Assembly (NCBI GenBank): GCA_964035545.1
Contig: OZ037769.1
Location: forward strand, 7,421,929-7,485,928
Source of the DNA: Bugula neritina
Lineage: Eukaryota > Animalia > Bryozoa
DNA: 64,000 nt
Direction of reading: 5' to 3'
Shown here piece after piece: positions 41,301-52,800 of the stretch. The notes beneath the pieces are model-generated. The model worked only from the letters and a program-made list of their open reading frames with translations, searched no databases and had not been told where the DNA came from. Every line of letters starts with the position of its first letter. Within the stretch, counting starts at the first letter, position 1. The translations under genes were made by a program, and so were the position numbers.

Positions 41301-44300
41301 TAAATCTCTTCAAGTGCTTATAAGGAGTTGTCCCAACTAAACACTTTTCATGCCCAACAAATTTTATATAATACTGTAGAGAGGTTTATAGAATACTATG
41401 CTGAGTTTATAGAATGCTGTGAATGAGTTTATAGAGTAATGTAGTTGGATCTGTAGAATACTATAGCAGTGTTTATAGAATGGTGTAGTTAAATTGGTAA
41501 AATGCTGTACAACAAGTTAAAAACAAGACAGCTCGACCCACCCACTGCTAAAGCATTGTGTTGTAGATAAATAAATTTCGTGTTATCTTTCTTTCAGCAT
41601 TAAAGTAATTTTCTCTCATCTGTTATTGACTCACTGAAATATCTCTTGTCCAATTGAATATTTCTTCTATACATACAGCATGCTCCACTTGAGGCTGTCG
41701 ATATTTGTGCAGCTAGCATCTTTATACTAGTAAAAGTAACTTGTGCCACACTGTTACTGTATACTGTATTAACACACTGACTGTAGCAATACACTGACTG
41801 TAGTAACACACTGACTGTTATATACTGTTCTATGGATGTTACAATATACCAATATCATGGTGGGTAGGTTTGGATTTTCTAATTGTTTCAACAGTTTACT
41901 TACTGTTTGGGAGAGTAAAATCAAATTTTTAAGCTTTTCCTATGTAACTAGGTATATATTTTGCTTTAAAATGTTATTAAATTCATGGAGTGTTTTTGAA
42001 GTTTGATTTCTTTATTGTTTCACCTATTGAAGCCGATTAATATAGGAATATCATAGTTTCAGGATGTGCCTTGTTCTTAACACTTACTTTTGGTGTTAAG
42101 TTTCGAACATCAACTTTCACTTTGAATCAAAAAGTCGGTTGGTTTATTATCTGAAATCAATCAACTCAGAAATGTCAATTTAGCTCTCAATAATATAAAT
42201 TAGTCATGAAACTATAAGATGGAGAATAAACTCATACTGAAAGTGATTCCTTACTCTCTACTAGGTGGTCATGACTGTGTTATTAAGATAAAATATGATA
42301 ATTTCTAAATTTCGTTTAATTTTCATTCTAAATTCTATCTCTGCATTCTGAAAATGTCTCAAGAGATTGATTCAAATATTTTTGTTTTTATTAATAGATA
42401 TTTTAAATATGTTTCCCATCATTTTATTCATGTGTTAAAGCCATGTATTTGGGAGCTATCTGGTTATATTACTGAGTGCATTGCTGTAACTCGCTACTTG
42501 TATTGAACCTTATCTTTCACAGGATGATGCCGACAGTGGTTACAGCGGCTCAGGGTCTGCTGGTTTCACTTTGACCAAAGAGGAAATCTGCAGCAAGATT
42601 CGAGCTTACAATGAGAGTATAGTTGGCAAATCATCTGGTGCTATGACGTTGGTGAGTGCATCGAGTATCTGTGTAATGCGTAGTGTATCTGTGTAGTGTA
42701 TAGCTTGCAATACTGTAACCTTCAGCTTCATATTGATTGAATAATGGTTTAGTAAGTAGGATTGCTTGTGCAGTGTAATTGCTCATAGCCATGGTGTAAC
42801 ATAGTGACAGCTACTAGCTGCAACTATGCTCTGCTACTACACTGTAGGACTGGTTATTCACTTGTACACACTGAATGTAGAGTGGCCTGTCATTAAACCA
42901 TAGTTATAAGTGCATTCACCTCTCCATGCCCTGCTATACACTGTGTGTGCCTGTATTGTTGCAGATGTTACATCTGTGTGTTTATTACACATCTGTGCCA
43001 TTCTACAAACATCAATGCTGTCATTGTACATACGTAGTATAGTTGTTTATGCTGCCAAACCAGGCATCAATGTTTTCTTTGTTTGCTGACTTTCACCTAC
43101 TCTCTTGTTTACAGATATCCAACGACAGCGACTCTTTCCAAGGTTGTATCAATGTCTGCATTTGTATTGATCGTCCAATCAACATGTCCCTTAGTTCTAG
43201 ACCTACTTCCATATACGAGGCTCTACAAAGAGAGTCGGAGTTATCTCCCCAAACCTCTCCCAAAAACACCGTGACTCACGAGCAGCTGCCCCACAATGCA
43301 ATAGTCAGCTTGCACACCTCAAGGTTGGTAACCTGTAAATGTAGTTTCAACACTGTGCTTTATCAACGTTGCTGTGATTATGTATGACAATCTCTAATCA
43401 CTAAACCAGGTTAACCAGTTGACATTTATGGCCTGAATAATGTATGTTAGCAGTAGGTGTGTCCCTGTATAGAATATATTGCATAGCTTTATCCCAGCTG
43501 ATTATTTATAATTTATATGAACACTGGTAATGCTGAATTCAATCACACTGAGCATTTAATTGAGACTTTACTTTATTGTTTAACCTTGAATCAGGCATAT
43601 TCTTTTCTGTGGGAGGCTGAAATCTAACAGTTTTACTGCAACAATAGTGAGCGCATATTCTAAATGTAACTTCTCAGTTGAATAATATGTGCAGTGTTCG
43701 TATTACTCAGTTATTGAGACTTTATTACAAGATTTAGTAATATTATGGCATGTGAAACCAGACTACCTCCAGCATAAGTCTAATTGTTACTCACGTCATT
43801 ATTGTGTCAGACATGCCATTACTTATGAGTATTTGACTGCAGAGATGGTAGTTTGGCTTCAAGTCAAACTCTGTTTTAGTTAATGCATTTCAACTGGTTA
43901 ATAGCTGCTATTTTATGTCAAAGTACAGTATTCTGTTATATACTCTCTGTTATATACTCTCTGTTATATATTCTCTGTTATATACTCTCTGTTATATCTC
44001 TCTGTTATATACTCTCTGTTATATATACTCTCTGTTATATACTCTCTCTGTTATATACTCTCTATGTTATATACTCTCTATGTTATATACTCTCTGTTAT
44101 ATACTCTCTCTGTTATATACTCTCTCTGTTATATACTCTCTATTATATATACTCTCTGTTATATACTCTCTGTTATATACTCTCTATGTTATATACTCTC
44201 TGTTATATACTCTCTGTTATATGCTCTCTGTTATATACTCTCTCTGTTATATACTCTCTCTGTTATATATACCTCTGTTGTTCTTTTGCAGCTCCAATAC

Positions 44301-45644
44301 AGCTATTGAAGTGGTCAGTATACTCTTGAACAAGTTTAAAATCACGGATAACCCAAAAAGTTTTGCTCTGTTTGAACAAACAATACAGAATGACAAAGAA
44401 GGTGAGTGGTTTGGGTGGTAAGGAGGGTGCCCACCCTGGAGGATAGCAGTTGGGGTACTGAGATTATGTTTAGTTAGTAATAGGAAAAGACAAAACGTTG
44501 TGGATGGTATGGCTTTAGCATTCAAGTTTCATATTTTAAAAACTTGCCTCCCTCTCATCTGTTCATTGTCAGCCCGGTTCTAGAAATAAATTTTAAAATT
44601 GGAGTTGTGTTTTTGCTCAAATACTACTCTGAGTTTAGAGTAGTTATAACCCATTAACACCAAGTTAGCAGGTCTTATAGTGTTCCTTTAGACTTTAGAG
44701 TTTAGATTGTTAATATCACCTTTTAAGCATGTTAACTGTTTACTACAAGGCATAGAGAGGTCATGTTGTAATAAGTCAAAGTCTAAACCTAGGCAACACA
44801 TCAGATATTGACACCATAAGTAAGCCTGTCTCATATGTAGATTTCAGTTGTATCGTTTTAGTGAAACTTCGTAAGGTCGGGGATCAAGAACGCCCCTTAC
44901 TGAATTATTTGCGGTGGAGCACAGAATGTGATGAGTCAAAGCGTTTTGTGCTAAAAGAGAATGACGCTGGAGACATCATGGTATGTTTACTCAATGGGGT
45001 TCTGCCCCTTTCCACAGTCACTCTACACACTGATTAATCCTCACAACATACGCGTCCACTATATGATGAATTATTGGGTTCTTTCTTGCTTTATTTAGCA
45101 TTATCTTCATTGCTATTTTTGTGGCTGCATTTTATCAATGTAACTTTGAATAGTGTTATATAATAATGTTATATCCAATTAGGAACCTAATTTGTGAAGG
45201 TCACTTGTAACAAGTAATTATGTCTTCAACAGCTAGGGTCAGTGTTGCCTGGTTACAATGTTTGGCTATTATTACTCAGCTGATGGGTTGAGTCATATTT
45301 AGCAGATTAAATTCATTTTAAAGTCAGCACTAATATATACTTTGTATGCCTGTGCAACATTTTCTTAAAATACATAATCAGTGTAGCCTCATGAAAACTG
45401 GAGTTGTGTTATCTTAAGATCTGTATGTGATTAGCTGAACAGTTTCACTGACTATTTGTAGTATGAGGCCTTCAGCATTCCTGAGTTGAATAATTTCTTA
45501 AGAGTCTTGGAGGAGGAAGAAGCTAGTAAACTCACAGACATTGAACATAAGTACCAAGTGAGACGAAAACAGATTGCCGACAGATTACACGAAATAGAAG
45601 GAGAGCAAAACTCCTCTAAACAGTTGAGAAAGACTGCTAGATAG
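23386..45644 (+). CDS. RASSF1/5-like: Ras association domain family protein (RASSF1/RASSF5-like; C1, RA and SARAH domains), C1-containing isoform, 558 aa
   Basis: Exons 23386-23986, 24818-24893, 25495-25616, 38000-38127, 42523-42651, 43115-43323, 44292-44401, 44862-44980 and 45462-45644 are GT-AG and phase-compatible (1677 nt). C1 pattern H-x12-C-x2-C-x13-C-x2-C-x4-H-x2-C-x7-C. RA: EVVSILLNKFKITDNPKSFALFE..LRKVGDQERPL..FVLKEND. SARAH: YEAFSIPELNNFLRVLEEEE. Confidence 0.93.
26079..26256. mobile_element. Degenerate copy of the Tc1/mariner-type MITE at 58465-58671
   Basis: Shares agtgctc..ccatatct..ttccataggtcac.agaaaggcttg..caaaatgg.caaatt.aacgga..gggacc.gcagcttag..agcactg|TA with the 58465 element. 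Confidence 0.75.
27025..27160. repeat. 20-bp minisatellite (tggttacatacatctacaca) about 6.5 copies, preceded by (GTA/GTG)n at about 26950-26988
   Basis: Directly visible. Confidence 0.95.
29134..29533. repeat. Compound minisatellite: diverged units of about 22 bp (29134-29340) changing into a homogeneous 26-bp unit (ggcccactgtagttcagtcccatact) about 7 copies
   Basis: Directly visible. Confidence 0.92.
34268..36040 (+). CDS. Alternative N-terminal coding exons (34268-34856, 35411-36040) of the RASSF gene; Ser-rich, probably disordered; predicted 698-aa isoform
   Basis: ATG 34268 is directly preceded by an in-frame TAA. Donor AG|GTGAGT at 34857, acceptor TTACAG at 35410, donor TG|GTAAGA at 36041. 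Phase 1 matches the exon at 38000 (G+AC gives DCKFKCH). Confidence 0.78.
37283..37655. repeat. Variable-length minisatellite (actaactgacacctccagtact with variable ACT), about 15 units
   Basis: Directly visible. Confidence 0.95.
38882..40968. mobile_element. Foldback-type long inverted repeat: arms 38882-39737 and 40146-40968, 408-bp spacer
   Basis: The arms are near-identical reverse complements; ORFs 39292(+) and 40325(-) give the same first 75 aa. There are a few substitutions, small indels and a 37-bp segment (about 39681-39717) present only in the left arm. Both outer ends are TA. No transposase ORF. Confidence 0.85.
40985..41112. repeat. Tandem repeat of 9-10-bp units (tatacctgta/tataccttg) abutting the foldback
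   Basis: Directly visible. Confidence 0.9.
43932..44278. repeat. 14-16-bp minisatellite (tatatactctctgt) ending just before the RASSF acceptor at 44291
   Basis: Directly visible; it explains the spurious Y/I/L/S/C-rich ORFs. Confidence 0.96.
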
Positions 45645-46829
45645 CATTGTATAAACTCGACTGTAGTTGTTATTTTGAAGCTTTGCGTAGCTTTTGTACC
45701 CCATAGGTTAGTGTGAGAGAATGTTGTGTAATTGGTGACGTGGTGACTGATTGGTAAGAGTGTGGCAAGGAATGTCTGGCTATTGATTGGTTTATATGCG
45801 ATTCATGGCTTCTTTCTAAACATTTCCTACTGATAAATATTTCATCAACTTTTCGTCGGAGAAGCCAATAGTCTGTACTTGAACTGTATCCTCAAAAACG
45901 AAGGCTCATCATTAAATTTCGTAACTTTGTAATATAGTTAAGGAGTTATTTATCCATTTTTCGATCTAGAAAGAATATTATCATAGTAGTCTGGGAGATG
46001 ATCATCTCTCCCCTATTTTATAACTAAATTTCATTATCGCTGTTATGGCGACTATATTCTTTCTGTTTAAAATTTCAGCTGTTTTTCGATGTTATCATTA
46101 TCTGAAATATTTCTCTTACGATATATTTGTGCAAGCAGAGCAAGATCATGACTGTCTACTAATGAGTTTGACTGTCAGTTCGTTTGAGGACTCTTTCTCT
46201 ATGACTGTAGCCGCGAGACTGGTTGTGTGTTGGATGATTGTTGAATGTGTTGAGCTGCTATTAATATCTCTTCTGTGCATTTTATAATAGCCCTAATATA
46301 CACATGTTTGACCTTGAACTTGTGCAACCATGGTAATTTTATTAATGTTGGTTAAGGTACAGGTATGTGTATGTTATAAATAACAGGTGCTGCCCTGATG
46401 TGTTGTAGCTGCTACAACCGATATTTATATTTATGTTCGTTTTTCCTACACCTTCTATTGTGTATATTCTAAACACATTAATATCTATTTATTTTGCTAT
46501 ACTTACAATAATATTACTGTTATTGTTGGAATTTTTGTAGTTGATATCAATTCACAGTATTTGAATTATTTGGCTTTTCCGACTTTCTGGCCATGACTTG
46601 GTGGAAAAATTGTTGATTTTTTACTTTATTTAATATATTTCATACAAACATGAATTTCAATTGTAATAATTCCTTGAAACAGCAGTTATAGTTCTACTGT
46701 TATATTTCACTACTATAAGCTCACAAACTAAACGGAATATAAATAAATTTTTGTAACGCAACTACTCTCTCATCGTGGAAATAGAAGCTATATTGCCAAT
46801 ATCCTCTCTAAAGAATTGCTTTGGTGTTC

Positions 46830-49800
46830 TTAGTCAGATTCATTATCCTCTTCACCCTCCGGAGTGGGTGTACGGCATGACATCCCATCTCCGGGCACGC
46901 TCAATGACGCATTGTCATTGAAACGAATTATCTTAGAATTGGATTGGTGTGATGCACTTCCTGTCAACCATATAATGAAACGTATAATATTTTGATTTAG
47001 TTTTTATGTGTGACTTTATTACAAATAAACTAAAATAGGTCAAAATCTAGCCAAAAGCATTGGGAGTAGAGGTCAATATTTACCTGAACGTCTGTTACAG
47101 GAACCAGGTGTTGGGTTAGATTTTCTCTGCAAAGAATTTACATATAAATAAGTGATATTATGCAGGTATTACAATATTACATTTGCGCGTGGAATAATTT
47201 AACGCCTCTGTACCTGTTGATCAAAGTCTGCATTAAACTGTGGCCATCCATCTCTTTCGGTAACCAAGCTTTCTATCATTTGGTCAATAATGTTATACGT
47301 CTGGTCTTGGTTAGCCTGTAAGAGTACAACCAAACCTACAGTGTTATGCTTAGTACAGAACAGGTTCAGTTATTCTGCAGCCCTTAGCTTCTTTCCTAGT
47401 ATTATTGTTTAGTGAACAGTTTTCAGTTAGCTGTAACTTCTATTTAATGTGGATAGAGAAAGGTTGATCAAAAACCGACAAACAGGTAGTCAAACTAGTG
47501 TTTGGGTTGCATCAAAAAGTTGTCAGTACCAGCTCTGCATTTTCTGATCACCATTCATTGGCAGCATAAAAATTGGTCACCAGAAAATGGAAATACTTGC
47601 AGGTTTTCTCGATATTTAACATTCATTTGTGACTTTCATAATTGGCATGTTCAACCCCTATATTTAAAATCAAGAGGCATACCCACAAAATCATGTAACT
47701 TAATAGTTTCAGATACATGCATATGAGCAAATGCCAACCAAATAACCTGACTTTTACTTGCAATTTAGGTAGTCTAGAAATAATTCAAGCGCCGAATGTA
47801 AATTTACAACTTTTCAAATTATGACCAATATGTAAAAGACAATAACTAGTTAAACTTCTTATTACATGTCACTGCATTGCCTAAAAGCTGCTAAACTTAA
47901 GGCGATTCTCTAATGCCTAGGGGTAAATGTAGGCCCTACTGGATGACCATTCGGTAACCATCACGAGCAATTATTCGGGTAATTACAGTAGGCTGCGCAT
48001 ACGGAATCCGAAAGCGCCCATAACCTGAAATACCCACCGGGGCTGACATGTTTTCCAGCTCATCCCATATACCAGCTTGAAACTCATCAGCTTCCTCCGA
48101 CAATTGTGGCAAAGGAGAGATCTCTGCATTAGACAGACATTTGATCACAAGACGGTAGACAAATGTTGTACAATATATCAAATTAACTAGAGAAAGTACA
48201 GTGTATAGATCTAACTAGAGAATATACAGTACATAGAGCTAACTAGAGAATATACAGTACATAGAGCTAGGGAATTTGAAGAATTGTGACTTGAAAACAC
48301 AACTCTGTAGAGTAAGTAATTTTTAGAAATAGCAACTATTGCATAGCAACTACAGCATAGCAACTACTGCATAGTAACTACAGCATAGAAACTACTGCAT
48401 AGCAACTACTGCATAGCAACTATTGCATAGCAACTAATGCATAGCAATTACTGCATAACAACTATTGCATAGCAACTACAGCATAGCAACTATTGCATAG
48501 CAACTACTGCATAGCAACTATAGCATAGCAACTGCTGCATAGCAACTAATTCACAGTTTATAACTCGATTACATCAATAATAAGATATTGTTGGCCAAGT
48601 AAAACATGATAATGAAGGCTTCAACATATTATAAGATATTCAGTAGTATTCATTACTCTATTAAACATCATGTTATAATAGAGATTTGCTTTACACTTGG
48701 TGCTCTAAATGTTCAACTTTAAACACCATTACTGTTATGTTATTTCCTTCATCATTTATATAACGTGTAAACTAAACAATAACTATTTGAAAAAGTCATC
48801 AAACTCAATTTTAAGAGATACGCATCTCAAGCCTTTTTGATTAATACAAATCTTATAAATCAAACGGGAAATACTGTAAAGACATGCATACCTAGTTCAG
48901 CAAAAGGCTGCATACGTGCTGAAGTAACCCTTGACCCGCCCATGCCTTGTGCTGCCATTATCTGAGCATTGAAGTTCTCTTCACTAGTTAGGGGAGGTAT
49001 AGAATTGTCCGCACCGGAGGCTGCTAATATTTATGAAACCAGGTAAACTATCACTGTGGAGAATAGTGACAAAGTTCTCTAGTCCCGACTCAACATTTAC
49101 TAGTAACCACAACATAAGATATGCTTTGTGAACAACTCTAAGAATTTCTCATTCGCTAATGTCTAATATTACCAAAATGCACAGTATGTTTTAAAGCACT
49201 CATCTATGCTACAATTTCTTTCTTAAATGTTAAAAATACACACATGAAGGGTATTTTTTATAAAAGATAGTGAACTTTTTATTTATATATGAAAAAGTAG
49301 GAAAGGTGAATGATTAAATTGTGCTTTGCTGGATGCTCAACAATTAACACCTGAAGGAGTTATTCACAACTCACTGCCATTTTTACATAATCACCACTCT
49401 GAGTCACTGTAATAGCATTACGTCATAAAGTAAAAAGCTGGAAGTTATCTTCTCCATAACATATGCCACGCCCCCTAAATCTCCATATTGCATCACTAAA
49501 TACTACACATAATCTTCCTAATTTTTTCTATTTTATTCAAGAGCTGCGTGTTGGATATAATTCTGCTAACTTAGTACTGATTATGGAGCGATGTCAAGTA
49601 ACGTATAGATGAGTACTTTAAATACATCAGCATGGTGTATCCTTTATTAACGGTCTAAATTAGCAACTTAAAGCAAGTCGGTGCAGATCTAATTCAAGTT
49701 ACTTGTACACTGGTGGACATGATACAATAACATCTGCTAAAGATAGGTGATTCAACTAGCAACTCTCCAGTCACAGAGTATACAGGAGTGAGTTGGCAAT

Positions 49801-52800
49801 TTAAAGATGGAGTTACCAGGTAACTCAAGTTCTAGCAGAACCCTCAAACAGAGAATTTTTCAGAAACGAAACCCTTTTTTTGAATTTTAATTATTTGATG
49901 CTAAAAAACTAAAAAATAGAGAAATCAGAAGTTCGGACCTGCTTTTACCAACAATTGCATGTCTGAAGAGTTGCCGTTTGATTACCCTTTCACAGGTTCA
50001 ACGAATTTGAAAAGCCATAAAAATAGAGATATTATAGTTACTTATTAGCTCTTGATATAAACTGTCAGGATGATACGATTCATCCATCTTTAGTTCGGCA
50101 TAAGGGGCAGTAAATGAATCACTACACTCTGTAAAGGGTAAATAGAATGACTGAGAAGGAAAGGTCACTAGATTGATTAATACAAGTGGAGAAAATTCCT
50201 GTTTGAGTTCTGCTAGAACTTTAAAATCTTCCAAGTAATTACATTCAAATTCAAGAAAATAAATAGGCCTATACACTTACCTAGAAAATAGAAAAATTTG
50301 AGTAAGTGAATTTTAACAAGTCTCAAATTCTCAATTGACTTTAAAACTTGGGTTTTTATTTAATTATATAGCTTTACCTAATATTTCAAGAATTGTTAAA
50401 GAAAGACCCATTTCTAACTGCATAAGAGCACGTCTAGCATCTTGGTTAAATAAAAATATGCCAAATTTTAAAAGCTAGGACTTTTTGCATATGCAAACTT
50501 TTTAGTGCATGCTCTGAATTTGAAACTTTTTCTATTATAAACCTCCGAGAAGATTGTATATGTTCATTATCTCACTATGAAGAACATAGAAGAAATGATG
50601 CAAAACAGATTTACTGATTTTCTGACGGATGCCTTGATCGGGAGTATATAACAAGACAATGGCTTAACACCTTAAAGTTCTTGCAGATTGTATCTTATTT
50701 TAAACCAACTTTGAAACAAGCCTATGAGAGATTTCAACTAAATTAAGCACATCAATAAGAGATCTCCATGCAATAAAAATATTCACAACGTTTAATTTGA
50801 TAATGAGGAAAAAATTGAGATCAAAAACTACAGAAAATATTTCAAATGTTTCTACTCAGTAAGGAAACAAGTATTTTGCATATATGTGTGTATGGCATTA
50901 GATTACACCAGTGTCTGTGCTGTACTGCCTCGAACAAAAAGCTAAACAAAGGCTTAGAGAAGATTTTGCATGTAGTGCATACCAAATCAGCTCTTGTAGC
51001 AATACCTAAAGAGGGGTTCTAGCCTACTGCATAAATAAATCAGCTAATATTGAATAAAAGCCCCCCCCCCAAAAAAAAACTTGTTTAAATTCTCTTATTC
51101 AATTACAAATCATAGAAAGCTTTCTAAAGTTACATGGTACAGACTAGTAAAATGTTACGCTAAAACTAAAAACATGGTATGACTTTAAATACTATCTCCC
51201 ATAATGATGCTGAGTGGAACACAAGAAATACATTATTTAGTTTTATAGACTTTACTACGAAGTTTTATGAATGCACAACTTACCATAATCAGTGTCATAG
51301 AATGTTGATGAATATCGGAGGAAGTTATCTGAGGCAGACGAGTTTTGGTCTTTTACAGGAGGGGTTACACCTGAAAACATGGCTTCCATTTATCAAACAG
51401 TCAAAACTGAACAGTAAATAAGATTATTTGTGCGGAAGGCCAACTTTTCAAGTATTTATTTTTATCTAATACCTGAACATGCCCCAAAAAAGCAATGTTT
51501 ATAAATTAATAATTCTAGTATATCATAATGCCAGATAAAATTGAAAAGTTGATCTTTGAGTCTTTTTATTTCCACTTAAATTTAAAAATAATGGGTAAAC
51601 TAACGATCAGCTTGAACTAAAGCAACTGTAAGTTTTCATTGGTTTCAATGTAAGACAAATAAGTAGCCCAGTATTTTCTGACCTGCTTGACTTCCGGCTG
51701 ACATATGTGGTGACAAGTGAGGAGTTTCTTCCCCTGTTTTCCTGCACAGATGTGGGTTTCCAGCTGCTTTATTTTGACCTTCTAGTTCTTGTATATGTTG
51801 CATAGCTTGTTTCTCTAACTGTTCTAATTCTGTCCATTGCTCAGTATTCGGCTTCTGCAGCCGTTCTACTTCCTGCGGCTGTGCTCTCGCAAGTTCCTGC
51901 TGGTACATTTGTTCTTTCTCTTGCTGCTTCAACTGCTCCAGTTCTTCTTGTTGCAGCCGTTCAAGCTCTAGCTTTTGCAATCGCTCAATTTCTTTTTGTT
52001 GTTGCACTTTCATTTCCTGCTCACGGAGCTGCTCGGTTTCTTGCTTTTGTAACCATTCAATTTCCTGTTGATCCAACCATTCAGAGTCTTGCTGCTGTGA
52101 CTGCGCTATTTCTGAAGGATCAAAAGACAAATTTTTCTGTTCTAATTGTTGTAGCTCTAAAGCTTTCAACTGTTCTAGTTCTCGTTGTTTCAAACGTTCC
52201 AATTCTTGTTGCTGCTTCAATCGCTCAATTTCTTGTTGTTGATTTAATCGTTCTAGCTCTTGTTGCTTTAGTCGCTCAATTTCTTGTTGCTTCAATTGCT
52301 CAATTTCTTCTTGTATTCGTTGCATCTCTTGCTGTTTGAGCTGTTGCAGTTCTTGTTGCTGTTTTGAGCGCTCCAGCTCTTGCTCTTTTATCAGCTCCAT
52401 TTCATTTTGTTTCAATTGATCTATTTCCTGTTGTATTCTTTGCAATTCTTGTTGTTTCAGTTGTTCCATTTCTTGCTGTTGTTTTATTCGTTCTAACTCT
52501 TGTTGTCTCACCTGTTCCATTTCTTGTTGTTTAAAGTGACCCATCTCTTGTTGTATTCGTTCCATTTCTTGTTGTTTCAATTGCTCCATTTCTTGCTGCA
52601 TTCGCTCCATTTCCCTTTGCTCCAATGCTTTCAACCGATCCAATTCTTGAAGCTGTAATTGCTCAATTTCTTGCTGTTTAATGCGGCCGATTTCTTGCTG
52701 TATTCGTTCCATTTCCTGTTGTTTCAATTGCTCCAATTCTTGCTGCATTCGTTGCATTTCTTGCTGTTCTAATGCTTTTAACCGATCCATTTCTTGCAGC

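Noticed and set aside
43883-44329. Overlapping Y/I/L/S/C-rich ORFs
   Set aside because: Minisatellite translation; only 44292-44401 is a real exon.
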